The notes beneath the pieces are model-generated. The model ran no database searches. It was not told where the DNA came from and worked only from the letters and a program-made list of their open reading frames with translations. From Patescibacteria group bacterium (GTDB taxonomy: Bacteria; Patescibacteriota; Minisyncoccia; UBA6257; HR35): DNA of 32,000 nucleotides. The stretch is taken from assembly GCA_030549845.1 (NCBI GenBank), contig JAUQQN010000001.1, positions 210,001-242,000 on the forward strand. The letters are read 5' to 3'. Position numbers and translations under genes: made by a program. Below are positions 1-8,456 of the stretch, one piece after another (positions within the stretch are counted from its first letter, which is position 1; each line of letters opens with the position of its first letter).

Positions 1-622
1 TAGCTGATTTTGCACCAGAGGTTGGCTGTTTTACAGTATGTGTTTTTGTTATTTCAATTTCTTCAGCTGGTAATGAAAGATTTTCTAAGTCTGGTGTTGT
101 TATTTTTGGATTTAAAAGTATTACCTCTTCAAAGTTAATTTTATGCTTTTTTAAAATAATCTCTATTGTAGCAGAAGAAAAAGAATAATTCAAAAACCAA
201 AAAATAGCGGAGATTCCTATGAGAATAACAAGCCCTGATATTAAAATTTTTTTTGTAGATAGTTTTTTAGAAGGCGGTTTTTCCTTTTTAATCGTTATTT
301 TGGGTTTCGTTTTTTGAGGAGGTAATATGTCTGTTACAATTTTTGTAGCTTCTTCATATGCAAAATCTTCTAAAAATATTTCTATACCAATTTGTTTTGC
401 AAGATAAATCAACCTTTCATCATCTGTACTAAAGTAGATTTTTTTTCTATGCTTATTAGCTTCGTGCTTTAAAATCTCCAAATTAGTTGGATGGAGTAAG
501 CATTTTGTATTTTTAGGAATAACTAAAACAACTTCTTTGGCCTCTTGCTCCTTTATAGCATCTACTATATCTCCTAATTCTTCGGTCCCTTTAAGGTATA
601 AATATTCTTTTTCTTCTTTCAT
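1..622 (-). CDS. hypothetical single-pass membrane protein, N-terminal part (gene runs off the left edge)
   Basis: Not in the ORF track because there is no stop in the window. ATG at 622-620, and I read the frame open to nt 1 (207 codons, MKEEKEYLYLKGTEELGDIVDAIKEQEAKEVVLVIPKN...). A K/P-rich linker is followed by one hydrophobic helix (ILISGLVILIGISAIFWFL). It starts 6 nt after the alaS stop, so it is probably in the same operon. I recognise no family. Confidence 0.6.
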   Translation of the reverse strand, partial: MKEEKEYLYLKGTEELGDIVDAIKEQEAKEVVLVIPKNTKCLLHPTNLEILKHEANKHRKKIYFSTDDERLIYLAKQIGIEIFLEDFAYEEATKIVTDILPPQKTKPKITIKKEKPPSKKLSTKKILISGLVILIGISAIFWFLNYSFSSATIEIILKKHKINFEEVILLNPKITTPDLENLSLPAEEIEITKTHTVKQPTSGAKSA

Positions 623-628
623 ATTTTT

Positions 629-1900
629 TTAAGAACTTTTTGAAATTTTTCTATGTTCTTCAAATAATTTGCTAAAAACATGATTAGAAATTTCTGTAAA
701 TTTCATTTCTTTTTCTTTTAATAATTCCTTTGATATATCTAGGGGCAATCCGAATGATGTAAATAACAAGAATAATTTTTCTCCTAATTCTTCTTCTGTT
801 TCATTGCCTTTTATATATTTTTCGAACATTTTAAGGCCTCTTTTAAGCGTCCTCTCAAAACTTTTAAATTCTTTATTGATTACCTCATAAATTTTATCAT
901 AGTTTTTTAAATTGTTATAAATATTTCCAAATTTTTCAATAACAGCTTTAATCATAATGTCTATTTTGTCAGTTAAATTATATTTATTAAGTTTCAACAT
1001 TAATCTTCTTAATATCCTTCTTAAAACATAACCTCTTTCTAGATTACTTGGATAGATACCATCTGAAATTAAAAATACACTTGCTCTTGTATGATCTAAA
1101 ATTATTCTTAAATCCCTAACCTGAATATTTGGATTTATTTCTAAAATTCTTGTTCTCAAAGGCTCAAAAAGATCTGTCTCAAAAACAGTTGCAGTTTTTT
1201 GAATAACTTTCATCAATCTTTCAAATCCCATACCTGTATCAACTCCAGGAAATTCTAATTTCTTTAAATTTCCGCTTTTTTCTTGATAGTATTCATTAAA
1301 AACTATATTCCAAACCTCAATATTATCTATATAAATTTCTGTAGTAGGACCACACGGACCTTCTTCTCCTGTTGGACCCCAGAAATTATCTTCTCTCCCA
1401 AATTTCATTATTTTCTTTTCATCAATCCCTAATTCTTTCCAAATATTAAAGGATTCAGAATCATAAGGAATATTTTTTTCTCCTTTAAATACAGAAACAA
1501 AATCTATTTTTAATCCTAGATTATTTAAAAATTCATATGCCCAACAAATTGCTGATCTTTTAAAGTACCCAGAAACACCGAAATCTTTTGGATCATCACT
1601 CCCTACAGGCCCGAATGAAAAATTACCTAACATCTCAAAGAAGGTTAAATGCCTTTCGTCACCGACTTCTTCTATATCGGTAGTTCGAAAACATTTTTGA
1701 ATAGATGTTGTTCTTTGTGTTCCAAAGTCTTTTATAGGATCTTTTTCTCTAGTAAAGTATTTTTTAAATTGTTGCATACCAGCTGTGGTTATCAAAACAG
1801 AAGGGTCATCCCCAGGAATTAAAGAAGAAGAAGCTATAACCTTATGCCCTCTTTTTTCGAAAAATGCTAAAAATTCTTTTCTTATTTCTTCTGAATTCAT
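629..1900 (-). CDS. alaS: alanine--tRNA ligase, aminoacylation plus tRNA-recognition module only (423 aa; no editing or C-Ala domains)
   Basis: The N-terminus is canonical class II AlaRS (EIRKEFLAFFEKRGHKVIASSSLIP, TTAGMQQFK, QKCFRTTDIEEVGDERHLTFFEMLGNFSFG, DTGMGFERL). The ORF ends at ...FEEHRKISKSS, which matches the boundary where the editing domain normally begins. Confidence 0.9.
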   Translation of the reverse strand: MNSEEIRKEFLAFFEKRGHKVIASSSLIPGDDPSVLITTAGMQQFKKYFTREKDPIKDFGTQRTTSIQKCFRTTDIEEVGDERHLTFFEMLGNFSFGPVGSDDPKDFGVSGYFKRSAICWAYEFLNNLGLKIDFVSVFKGEKNIPYDSESFNIWKELGIDEKKIMKFGREDNFWGPTGEEGPCGPTTEIYIDNIEVWNIVFNEYYQEKSGNLKKLEFPGVDTGMGFERLMKVIQKTATVFETDLFEPLRTRILEINPNIQVRDLRIILDHTRASVFLISDGIYPSNLERGYVLRRILRRLMLKLNKYNLTDKIDIMIKAVIEKFGNIYNNLKNYDKIYEVINKEFKSFERTLKRGLKMFEKYIKGNETEEELGEKLFLLFTSFGLPLDISKELLKEKEMKFTEISNHVFSKLFEEHRKISKSS

Positions 1901-1902
1901 TT

Positions 1903-2964
1903 TTATTTAATTTTATCATAAATAATTCCTCCTCCAACCAAAATGTCATCATAATAAAATACCGCACTTTGACCTTTGGCAACAGATTTGATTGGATTTT
2001 CAAATTTTACTATTTTATTTTTCAAGCTTAAAATAGCATGGGTTAAGGGTTGTCTATACCTACACCTCACTAATATCTTTATCTCATCAGAAGAAATTTT
2101 TATTTTTTCAATAAACTCCTTATCTACTAGGAAGTTTAAATTTTTTACTTTAATTTCTTTTGTATATAAAATTTCTTCGTTTTCTTTTGCTACTATTAAC
2201 AAATTTCTTTTTGGATCTTTAACTGCAACATAAAATGGACCATCGCCTGTTTTTATGTTTAGTCCATGCCTCTGACCTTCTGTAAAAAAATAATGCCCTG
2301 GATGATATCCTAAAACTCTATTTTTTGTATCTATTATTAATCCCTTGTTTTCTGGTAAGAATTCTTTTAAAAAATCCATTAATTTTATTTTTCCTAAAAA
2401 GCATATACCCTGACTGTCCTTTTTTTCAGCATTTGGCAAATTATTTTCTTTTGCTATTTTTCTCACTTCTTCTTTTGTATAATCCCCAAGAGGAAAAATT
2501 ATATTTTTTATCAAACTTCTTTTAATACCCCATAGAAAGTATGTTTGGTCTTTGTTTAAATCTTTAGCAATTTTTATGTAATGTTTTCCATTTATTTCTA
2601 TCTTTTTGGCATAATGGCCTGTTGCTATATATTTTGCTCCCAATTTTTTTATGAATTCATAAACATAGCCAAATTTTATTAATTTATTACACAAAACATC
2701 AGGGTTAGGGGTATATCCTAGAGCATAATTTTTTATCATATCTAAAGTAACAATTCTTTGATATTCTTTGCTTATATCTAATACATAAAAAGGGATGCCT
2801 AACTTTTCTGCAACCAATCTTGCATCTTCTTCATCTGCTACATCGCAATAATTAGATACCTTTAAATGAATGCCTACAACATTAAAATCAGCCCTTTTTA
2901 AAAGAAGGGCTGCTACTGAGGAATCTACTCCTCCAGACATTAAAACAAATACTTTATCTTTCAT
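1903..2964 (-). CDS. mnmA: tRNA-specific 2-thiouridylase MnmA
   Basis: PP-loop VLMSGGVDSS at the N-terminus, NPDVLCNK and KDSQGICFLG catalytic-Cys contexts, and typical length (353 aa). Confidence 0.93.
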   Translation of the reverse strand: MKDKVFVLMSGGVDSSVAALLLKRADFNVVGIHLKVSNYCDVADEEDARLVAEKLGIPFYVLDISKEYQRIVTLDMIKNYALGYTPNPDVLCNKLIKFGYVYEFIKKLGAKYIATGHYAKKIEINGKHYIKIAKDLNKDQTYFLWGIKRSLIKNIIFPLGDYTKEEVRKIAKENNLPNAEKKDSQGICFLGKIKLMDFLKEFLPENKGLIIDTKNRVLGYHPGHYFFTEGQRHGLNIKTGDGPFYVAVKDPKRNLLIVAKENEEILYTKEIKVKNLNFLVDKEFIEKIKISSDEIKILVRCRYRQPLTHAILSLKNKIVKFENPIKSVAKGQSAVFYYDDILVGGGIIYDKIK

Positions 2965-3037
2965 TGCCTCGGGTGGGATTCGAACCCACGACCTGGCGCT
3001 TATGAGACGCCCGCTCTAACCCCTGAGCTACCGAGGC
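2965..3037 (-). tRNA. tRNA with CAU anticodon (elongator Met, or Ile2 if lysidine-modified); CCA not encoded
   Basis: Hand-folded 73-nt cloverleaf: GCCTCGG/TA/GCTC-AGGGGTTA-GAGC/G/GGCGT-CTCATAA-GCGCC/AGGTC/GTGGG-TTCGAAT-CCCAC/CCGAGGC/A. Positions 1:72 are paired and the anticodon stem has no GGG/CCC run, so it is not an initiator. Confidence 0.9.
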
Positions 3038-3046
3038 TTATTAAAA

Positions 3047-3076
3047 ATTATAGCAAAAAACATTATTTTCTAACAA
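3047..3076 (-). promoter_or_regulatory. sigma70-like promoter for the tRNA-Met/mnmA/alaS operon
   Basis: On the minus strand: TTGTTA (3076-3071), an 18-nt spacer, then TGC-TATAAT (extended -10; hexamer at 3052-3047). The hexamer ends 9 nt before tRNA position +1 (3037). Confidence 0.5.
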
Positions 3077-3108
3077 ACACCAAAGTAGCTCTTTATTTTA
3101 ATCGTAAT

Positions 3109-3131
3109 TTTTCGTAATCAGATTACGAAAA
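3109..3131. promoter_or_regulatory. perfect 11-bp inverted repeat TTTTCGTAATC-A-GATTACGAAAA between the two divergent tRNA promoters
   Basis: Read directly. Further CGTAA/TTACG copies sit at 3103-3110 (CGTAATTT) and 3146-3158 (TTTACGAAAATTT). The latter overlaps the putative -35 of the tRNA-Gly promoter. Confidence 0.4.
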
Positions 3132-3145
3132 TTTGAGACTTGTAT

Positions 3146-3174
3146 TTTACGAAAATTTAAAATTTTATTATAAT
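3146..3174 (+). promoter_or_regulatory. sigma70-like promoter for tRNA-Gly
   Basis: TTTACG (3146-3151), a 17-nt spacer, then TATAAT (3169-3174). The tRNA +1 position is at 3183, 8 nt after the -10. Confidence 0.5.
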
Positions 3175-3182
3175 ATTTTAAA

Positions 3183-3254
3183 GCGGCGGTAGTTCAGCGG
3201 TAGAACGCCTGCTTGCCATGCAGGAGGTCGCGGGTTCAAATCCCGTCCGCCGCT
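3183..3254 (+). tRNA. tRNA-Gly (GCC); CCA not encoded
   Basis: Hand-folded 72-nt cloverleaf: GCGGCGG/TA/GTTC-AGCGGTA-GAAC/G/CCTGC-TTGCCAT-GCAGG/AGGTC/GCGGG-TTCAAAT-CCCGT/CCGCCGC/T. Confidence 0.92.
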
Positions 3255-3811
3255 CAAAAAGTTGCCAATTCCCAACTTTTAATAACTTCATATCTTGCGA
3301 ATGGCTTTTCTAAGTATGATTCATATAAATTGATTTTATTCAATATTATCGACCAATTAAGCTCTTTTTTGATTTCTGGCAAATTTTTAAAGTTTTTAAG
3401 TCTTGCAAGATTAATATGTAAGAGCAAATCTCTTTCTTCTTTTTGATAAGGGATTTTATTTAAATTTAAGCTTTTTTCTATTTCTTCTTTAATTATTTTT
3501 AATCTTTCATTTTTATCAAAATATAACCAAATCATTCTTTTTTTATTAGGTGGGCCATAATCTACTTTAGTTATCCTCAAATTAAAAGGCTTAAAAAGTT
3601 CTCTACGCTCTAAATACAATTTATCTATTAATTCTATAATCAAATTTAAATAATTTACATCCACATAACCTAAAAATAATAGGGTTAAATGCAAATTTTT
3701 TAATGGAATCCAGTTTACTTTAAATTTTTTCTCTATTTCTTCTTCTATATTAGCAATCTTAGGATACAGGCCTTTAGTCACGGGCAGAGCTACAAAAAGT
3801 CTTTTTTTCAT
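3254..3811 (-). CDS. thpR: RNA 2',3'-cyclic phosphodiesterase / 2'-5' RNA ligase family (2H phosphoesterase)
   Basis: 185 aa with two H-x-T/S-type motifs at the expected spacing: NLHLTLLFLG and LLLHINLARL. The second reads H-I-N rather than H-x-T. ATGA overlap with the dnaE stop. Its own TGA overlaps the tRNA-Gly discriminator base on the opposite strand. Confidence 0.75.
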   Translation of the reverse strand: MKKRLFVALPVTKGLYPKIANIEEEIEKKFKVNWIPLKNLHLTLLFLGYVDVNYLNLIIELIDKLYLERRELFKPFNLRITKVDYGPPNKKRMIWLYFDKNERLKIIKEEIEKSLNLNKIPYQKEERDLLLHINLARLKNFKNLPEIKKELNWSIILNKINLYESYLEKPFARYEVIKSWELATF

Positions 3812-6800
3812 CTTATTTCTTTTATAATTTCGGCAAAAATTGTATCTTCTCTCTTTTCAGGATTATAGTCTCCTATTATAGAAATAATTTTACCTTCTTC
3901 CCATATTAAACCTGCTTCTTTATATACCTGAGGGCTTACTAAGACCTCGATATCATCGGTATGATCTTCTAAATTTATAAAAAGCATGATTTCGTTATTT
4001 TTTGTTATTACTCTTTTAATAGAATTTATTACTCCCACTGTTTTGACTTTTATTGGTTCTTTATATCTTTTAATATCCGCTATTTTCATAAAATTATTCA
4101 ATTTTAAAAGCCTTATCGGATGCTCTGAAATATAAACACCTAAATATTCTTTTTCCCATTTTAATTTCTCAAACTCTGAAATAGGATTCACTCTTTTCAA
4201 AAGCAATTCTTCTCCACCAGAAAATAACCGAGCTCCGGAATAGACAAAGCTTTTTTGTTTTAATGCAAACTCTACAATATAATCTAGGTTATAATATAAT
4301 ACCCCTCTTTCTTCTAAAGAGTCAAAAACCCCAGCTTTTATTAATGCTTCTAATGATTTGCGGTTTAAATCTTTAGACCTTACTCTTCTTACAAAATTTC
4401 CAATAGAAAGAAATGGACCGTTTTTATCTCTTTCTTCTATAATATCCTCAACTAATTTTCTTCCAACATTTTTTATAGAAGCTAAACCAAATCTTATTGT
4501 ATCTTCTTTAACTATAGTGAAGGTTTCTCTACTTTCATTTATATCTGGGGGTAAGACTTTAATATTCCATCTTTTAGCTTCATCAAATAATTCTTTTATT
4601 CTCTCTACATCATTTCCTTCATGAATAAACAAGGCTGTTATAAATTCAATTGGGTAATGAGCTTTTAAATAGGCTGTTTGATAAGAAATCATAGCATAAG
4701 ATATGCTATGGCTTTTATTAAAACCGTATCTTGCAAAAGGCTCATACCAGCTCCATATTTTTTCTGCTGTTTCTTGATCTATGCCATTTTTAATCATTCC
4801 TTCTATCATTTTGCTTTTTTGTTCTTCAAGCAAGGATGCTATTTTCTTGCCTATAGCTTTTCTCAAAACATCAGCTTCAGCTAAACTAAATCCTGCTAAA
4901 ACTTGCGCAATTTGCATTAATTGTTCTTGGTAAATTGCTATTCCATAAGTATCTTTTAATATCGGTTCAAGCTTAGGATGGAGATATTCTATGGGTTCTT
5001 TACCAAATTTTCTTCTTATATAAGAAGGTATTAACTCAACAGGTCCTGGCCTATATAATGCTATCATAGCATTTATATCCTCAATATTGGATGGTCTTAG
5101 CTTTTTAAGGGCCTCTGTCATGCCTTTCCCTTCTACTTGGAAAACGCCTACTGTTTTTCCTTCTCTGTATATTGCATAAGCTTTTTCATCATCCAGGTTT
5201 TCATAATCTAATTTAACTTCTATATTTCTTCTTTCTTTCACTAATCTTATTGTAGTTTCAATTTCAGAAAGAGTTCTTAGACCTAATAAATCTAATTTTA
5301 ATAAACCTAATTCTTCTATTGAGTACATATCATATTGGGTAATAATTTTTTTCTCTTGTGGAGCATGTTGGAGTGGAGTAAAATCCGTAAGTTTTGTAGG
5401 AGTCACCACAACACCAGAAGCATGAACTGAGGCATGCCTTACTGTTCCTTCCAGTTTTTTTGCTATATCAAAAAGCAATTTCGCTCTTTCGTCTTTTGTA
5501 TACAAAGAATAAATTTCTGGTACTTCTAAAGACATTTCCAAGGTCATATCAGGAGAAATGAGTTTAGCAATTTTATCACAAAAACTATAAGGATAATTAA
5601 GGGCTCTTCCTGCGTCTCTTATAGCTGCTCTTGCGCCCATTTTACCAAAAGTAATTATTTGAGCAACCTTATCTTTTCCATATTTTTTTGCTAAATATTC
5701 TATAACCTCATCTCTTCGTATATCTGAAAAATCAACATCTATGTCTGGGAATGATATTCTTTCTGGCGTTAAGAATCGTTCAAAAAGCAATTTATATTTT
5801 ATTGGGTCTACGGCTGTTATTCCTAATAAGTATGAAACTAAACTTCCTGCAGCTGATCCTCTACCAGGTCCAACTTTGATATTTTGTTTTTTCGCCCAAT
5901 TTACAAAATCAGCAACTATCAAAAAATACGAAGAAAAGCCTGTTTGCTTTATAACAGAAAGTTCATAATCGAGCCTTTCTTTATAAACTTCTTTATTTTT
6001 AAAATTCATTTTTCCTAATTTTTCATAACATAATTTTTTCAAATATTCGTCAGGAGTTATACCACCTTCAATTTCATAAATGGGAGGTTTGGTTTTCCCT
6101 AATTCTATTTCAAGGTTACATTTCTCAGCTATTTCTAAGGTATTTTCTAAAGCTTCTGGTATTTCTTTAAATAATTCGAGCATTTCTTCATAGCTTGTAA
6201 GATGAAAAAAGTCTGCTTTCATTGTTAACCTATCTTCTTCTTCAATATCCTTGCCAGTCTGAATTGCTAAGAAAACATCATGAATATCTTTTTCATCTTT
6301 ATAAACATAGTGCGTATCTTGGGTTGCAACCAATTTTACTCCGGTCAATTTCGCAAGCTCAATAAGCATAGGGAAGGCCTTTTTACTTTCTGGGATTCCT
6401 GGATGATTACCTATTTCTAAATAAAAATTTTCTTTCCCAAAGATATCTAAATATTCAAAAACTTTTTCTTTTGCTTTCTCTATGCCATCTTGAAGCAAAG
6501 TTCTAGTTATTTCACCGGCTAAACACCCTGATAAACATATTAAACCACTGTTATATTCCCTTAATAGATTTTTGTCTATTCTGGGCTTATAATAAAAGCC
6601 TTCGAGGTGGGCAATGGTTACTAAATTTATTAAATTTTTATAACCTTCATAATTTTTAGCAAGTAGAATTAAGTGATAACTTTTCGAATCTATTTTAGGA
6701 GTTCTATCATTTATAGTTCTAGGAGCAAGATAAGTCTCTACTCCTATTATTGGTTTTATATTTTCTTTTTTGCATTTTTTATAAAATTCTATAGCTCCAT

Positions 6801-6933
6801 ATAAATTACCATGATCTGTAATAGCTAGTGAATCTAATCCTAATTCTTTTGCTCTTTTTATTAAATCATCAATTTTTGCAAGTCCGTCTAATAAACTATA
6901 ATGGGTATGCACATGAAGATGAACAAATTTCAT
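3808..6933 (-). CDS. dnaE: DNA polymerase III alpha subunit
   Basis: PHP domain HLHVHTHYSLLDG...ITDHGNLYG, polymerase core GPGRGSAAGSLVSYLLGIT and FPDIDVDF, FNKSHS motif, and a C-terminal OB-like region. 1041 aa. Confidence 0.95.
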   Translation of the reverse strand: MKFVHLHVHTHYSLLDGLAKIDDLIKRAKELGLDSLAITDHGNLYGAIEFYKKCKKENIKPIIGVETYLAPRTINDRTPKIDSKSYHLILLAKNYEGYKNLINLVTIAHLEGFYYKPRIDKNLLREYNSGLICLSGCLAGEITRTLLQDGIEKAKEKVFEYLDIFGKENFYLEIGNHPGIPESKKAFPMLIELAKLTGVKLVATQDTHYVYKDEKDIHDVFLAIQTGKDIEEEDRLTMKADFFHLTSYEEMLELFKEIPEALENTLEIAEKCNLEIELGKTKPPIYEIEGGITPDEYLKKLCYEKLGKMNFKNKEVYKERLDYELSVIKQTGFSSYFLIVADFVNWAKKQNIKVGPGRGSAAGSLVSYLLGITAVDPIKYKLLFERFLTPERISFPDIDVDFSDIRRDEVIEYLAKKYGKDKVAQIITFGKMGARAAIRDAGRALNYPYSFCDKIAKLISPDMTLEMSLEVPEIYSLYTKDERAKLLFDIAKKLEGTVRHASVHASGVVVTPTKLTDFTPLQHAPQEKKIITQYDMYSIEELGLLKLDLLGLRTLSEIETTIRLVKERRNIEVKLDYENLDDEKAYAIYREGKTVGVFQVEGKGMTEALKKLRPSNIEDINAMIALYRPGPVELIPSYIRRKFGKEPIEYLHPKLEPILKDTYGIAIYQEQLMQIAQVLAGFSLAEADVLRKAIGKKIASLLEEQKSKMIEGMIKNGIDQETAEKIWSWYEPFARYGFNKSHSISYAMISYQTAYLKAHYPIEFITALFIHEGNDVERIKELFDEAKRWNIKVLPPDINESRETFTIVKEDTIRFGLASIKNVGRKLVEDIIEERDKNGPFLSIGNFVRRVRSKDLNRKSLEALIKAGVFDSLEERGVLYYNLDYIVEFALKQKSFVYSGARLFSGGEELLLKRVNPISEFEKLKWEKEYLGVYISEHPIRLLKLNNFMKIADIKRYKEPIKVKTVGVINSIKRVITKNNEIMLFINLEDHTDDIEVLVSPQVYKEAGLIWEEGKIISIIGDYNPEKREDTIFAEIIKEIR

Positions 6934-6942
6934 TTCTTAAAT

Positions 6943-6950
6943 ATTATAAT
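6943..6950. promoter_or_regulatory. shared bidirectional -10 element ATTATAAT for divergent dnaE and rnhB
   Basis: TATAAT reads on the plus strand at 6945-6950, 10 nt before the rnhB ATG (6961). It reads on the minus strand at 6948-6943, 9 nt before the dnaE ATG (6933). I could not assign convincing -35 boxes. Confidence 0.35.
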
Positions 6951-6960
6951 TAAATCAGAA

Positions 6961-7557
6961 ATGGAAGAAAATTTATTTAAAAAGGAAATAAAAAAAATTT
7001 TAGCTATAGATGAAGTAGGCAGAGGAGCTCTGGCTGGTCCTTTTTATGTAGGAGGTATTTTAATAAATAAATTTACCTTTAAAATACTAGAAAAAATAAA
7101 CGTAAAAGATTCAAAAAAGCTTACTTTTAATAAAAGATTAGAGATTTATAAAAAATTAAAAGAGGAGAAAATTCCTTTCAAAATCATAAAATTTTCCAGC
7201 AAAGAAGTTGACAATTTAAATATTGGTTTTTGCTTTAAAAAAGCAATTTATGAACTAAAAAAAATATACAAACCAGATTTAATAATTGTGGATGGCAAAA
7301 AAATTAAATTAGAAAAAATCAAAAATATAAAATTTTTTGTAAAAGGAGATGAATTCATAAAATCTATATCTGCCATTTCTATTATTTCTAAAGTTTTAAG
7401 AGATAAATATATGATTTTTTTAGATAGATTCTATCCTGAATATAAATTTAGGCAAAATAAGGGTTATGGGACTAAAGAACATATAACAACTATAAAAAAG
7501 TATGGCCCAACTAAACACCACAGGATCTCTTTTTGTAAATTTTTGTTTGAAAAATAG
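6961..7557 (+). CDS. rnhB: ribonuclease HII
   Basis: DEVGRGALAGP catalytic motif 14 aa after the ATG at 6961. The track's 6901 start would overlap dnaE by 33 nt and add a non-homologous extension. Confidence 0.88.
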   Translation: MEENLFKKEIKKILAIDEVGRGALAGPFYVGGILINKFTFKILEKINVKDSKKLTFNKRLEIYKKLKEEKIPFKIIKFSSKEVDNLNIGFCFKKAIYELKKIYKPDLIIVDGKKIKLEKIKNIKFFVKGDEFIKSISAISIISKVLRDKYMIFLDRFYPEYKFRQNKGYGTKEHITTIKKYGPTKHHRISFCKFLFEK

Positions 7558-7558
7558 G

Positions 7559-7873
7559 TTATTTCTGTCTTTCCCGAAGAGCAGTTAGATGCTTTTCGGC
7601 CCAAATCTGCAATCTTAAAGCTTCAGTTTTTATTCTTTGAAGGATTTTAAGTAATATGTTTAATATCAAGCTTTCTAATTCTTCGACATATCTTAAAAAT
7701 TTTTCAAAAGAGAAATATCTAGAAAATTTTCTTTCTAAATTAATCAATAAAATATAATCTCTTGGAGAAGGTTTGATCGTTTTTGCTTTTCTTACAAAAT
7801 ATAATGCAATCAATCCTAAAATTACCAAGCTAATAAGCGGTGATAGAAATATTAAAAAATAATTTTTAATCAT
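7559..7873 (-). CDS. hypothetical small membrane protein (104 aa)
   Basis: N-terminal TM helix (FLIFLSPLISLVILGLIALYF) followed by a charged helical tail. 8-nt overlap with the tsf stop. No recognisable family. Confidence 0.6.
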   Translation of the reverse strand: MIKNYFLIFLSPLISLVILGLIALYFVRKAKTIKPSPRDYILLINLERKFSRYFSFEKFLRYVEELESLILNILLKILQRIKTEALRLQIWAEKHLTALRERQK

Positions 7874-8456
7874 CTACGCTTATTCTTACAAATCTTCTTA
7901 CTTCTATCTTCTCCCCGAATTTATTTGCAGTAGAATGGATTAAATCTTTTATTTTTAGATTCTCATCTTTGAAATATTTTTGCTCCAAAAGACAAACTTC
8001 TTCATACCATTTCTCTAATTTTCCTTCTATTATTTTTGCTTTAACATCTTCAGGCTTATCTTTAACTTCTTCTTCGAATTCTTTTTTCTTTCTAATCAGA
8101 TCTTCTTCTGGTATAGTTTCTTTACTTAAATACAAAGGTTTCATTGTTGCTACTTGCAATGCTATTTCATGAGCTAATTTTTTAAACTCTTCACTTTTAG
8201 CCACAAAATCTGTTTCTGCCCTCATTTCAACCAAAGCACCAACTCTTCCATTAAAGTGAACGTATCCTTCGATTATGCCTACGCCTGCTATTTTTTCTCC
8301 TCTTTTTTCTAATAATGCTTCCCCTTTTTTGATTAAATATTTTTTAGCTTCTTCTAAATTACCTTTTGTTACCTCTAAGGCTTCTTTACAAAGCCCAATA
8401 GGAGCCCCAGTTTCATTCCGTAAAATTTTTATTTTTTCTAATAATTCTTTATCCAT
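7866..8456 (-). CDS. tsf: translation elongation factor Ts (short form, 196 aa)
   Basis: UBA-like N-terminus LRNETGAPIGLCKEALEVTKGNLEEAKKYL, then VHFNGRVGALVEMRAETDFVAK. Classic rpsB-tsf gene order. Confidence 0.92.
   Translation of the reverse strand: MDKELLEKIKILRNETGAPIGLCKEALEVTKGNLEEAKKYLIKKGEALLEKRGEKIAGVGIIEGYVHFNGRVGALVEMRAETDFVAKSEEFKKLAHEIALQVATMKPLYLSKETIPEEDLIRKKKEFEEEVKDKPEDVKAKIIEGKLEKWYEEVCLLEQKYFKDENLKIKDLIHSTANKFGEKIEVRRFVRISVDD

Noticed and set aside
3808-3811. Possibility of an alternative genetic code (UGA reassigned), as in some candidate-phyla bacteria.
   Set aside because: TGA ends dnaE (3808-3810), ligT (3254-3256) and the GT2 fusion (19239-19241) at natural C-termini. 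In two of these cases the stop is part of an ATGA overlap with the next gene. The standard code 11 fits every gene.
6901-6960. Upstream start choices offered by the ORF track: rnhB at 6901, GT2 fusion at TTG 17076, GtrA-like at TTG 19220, GT2 at 26959, SDR at 30835, orphan gene at TTG 31490.
   Set aside because: Each extension adds non-homologous residues before a conserved N-terminal motif and overlaps the neighbouring gene or promoter. Internal ATGs at 6961, 17103, 19238, 26899, 30793 and 31463 fit motif positions and -10 box spacing better. The choice of 31463 over 31490 remains the least certain.
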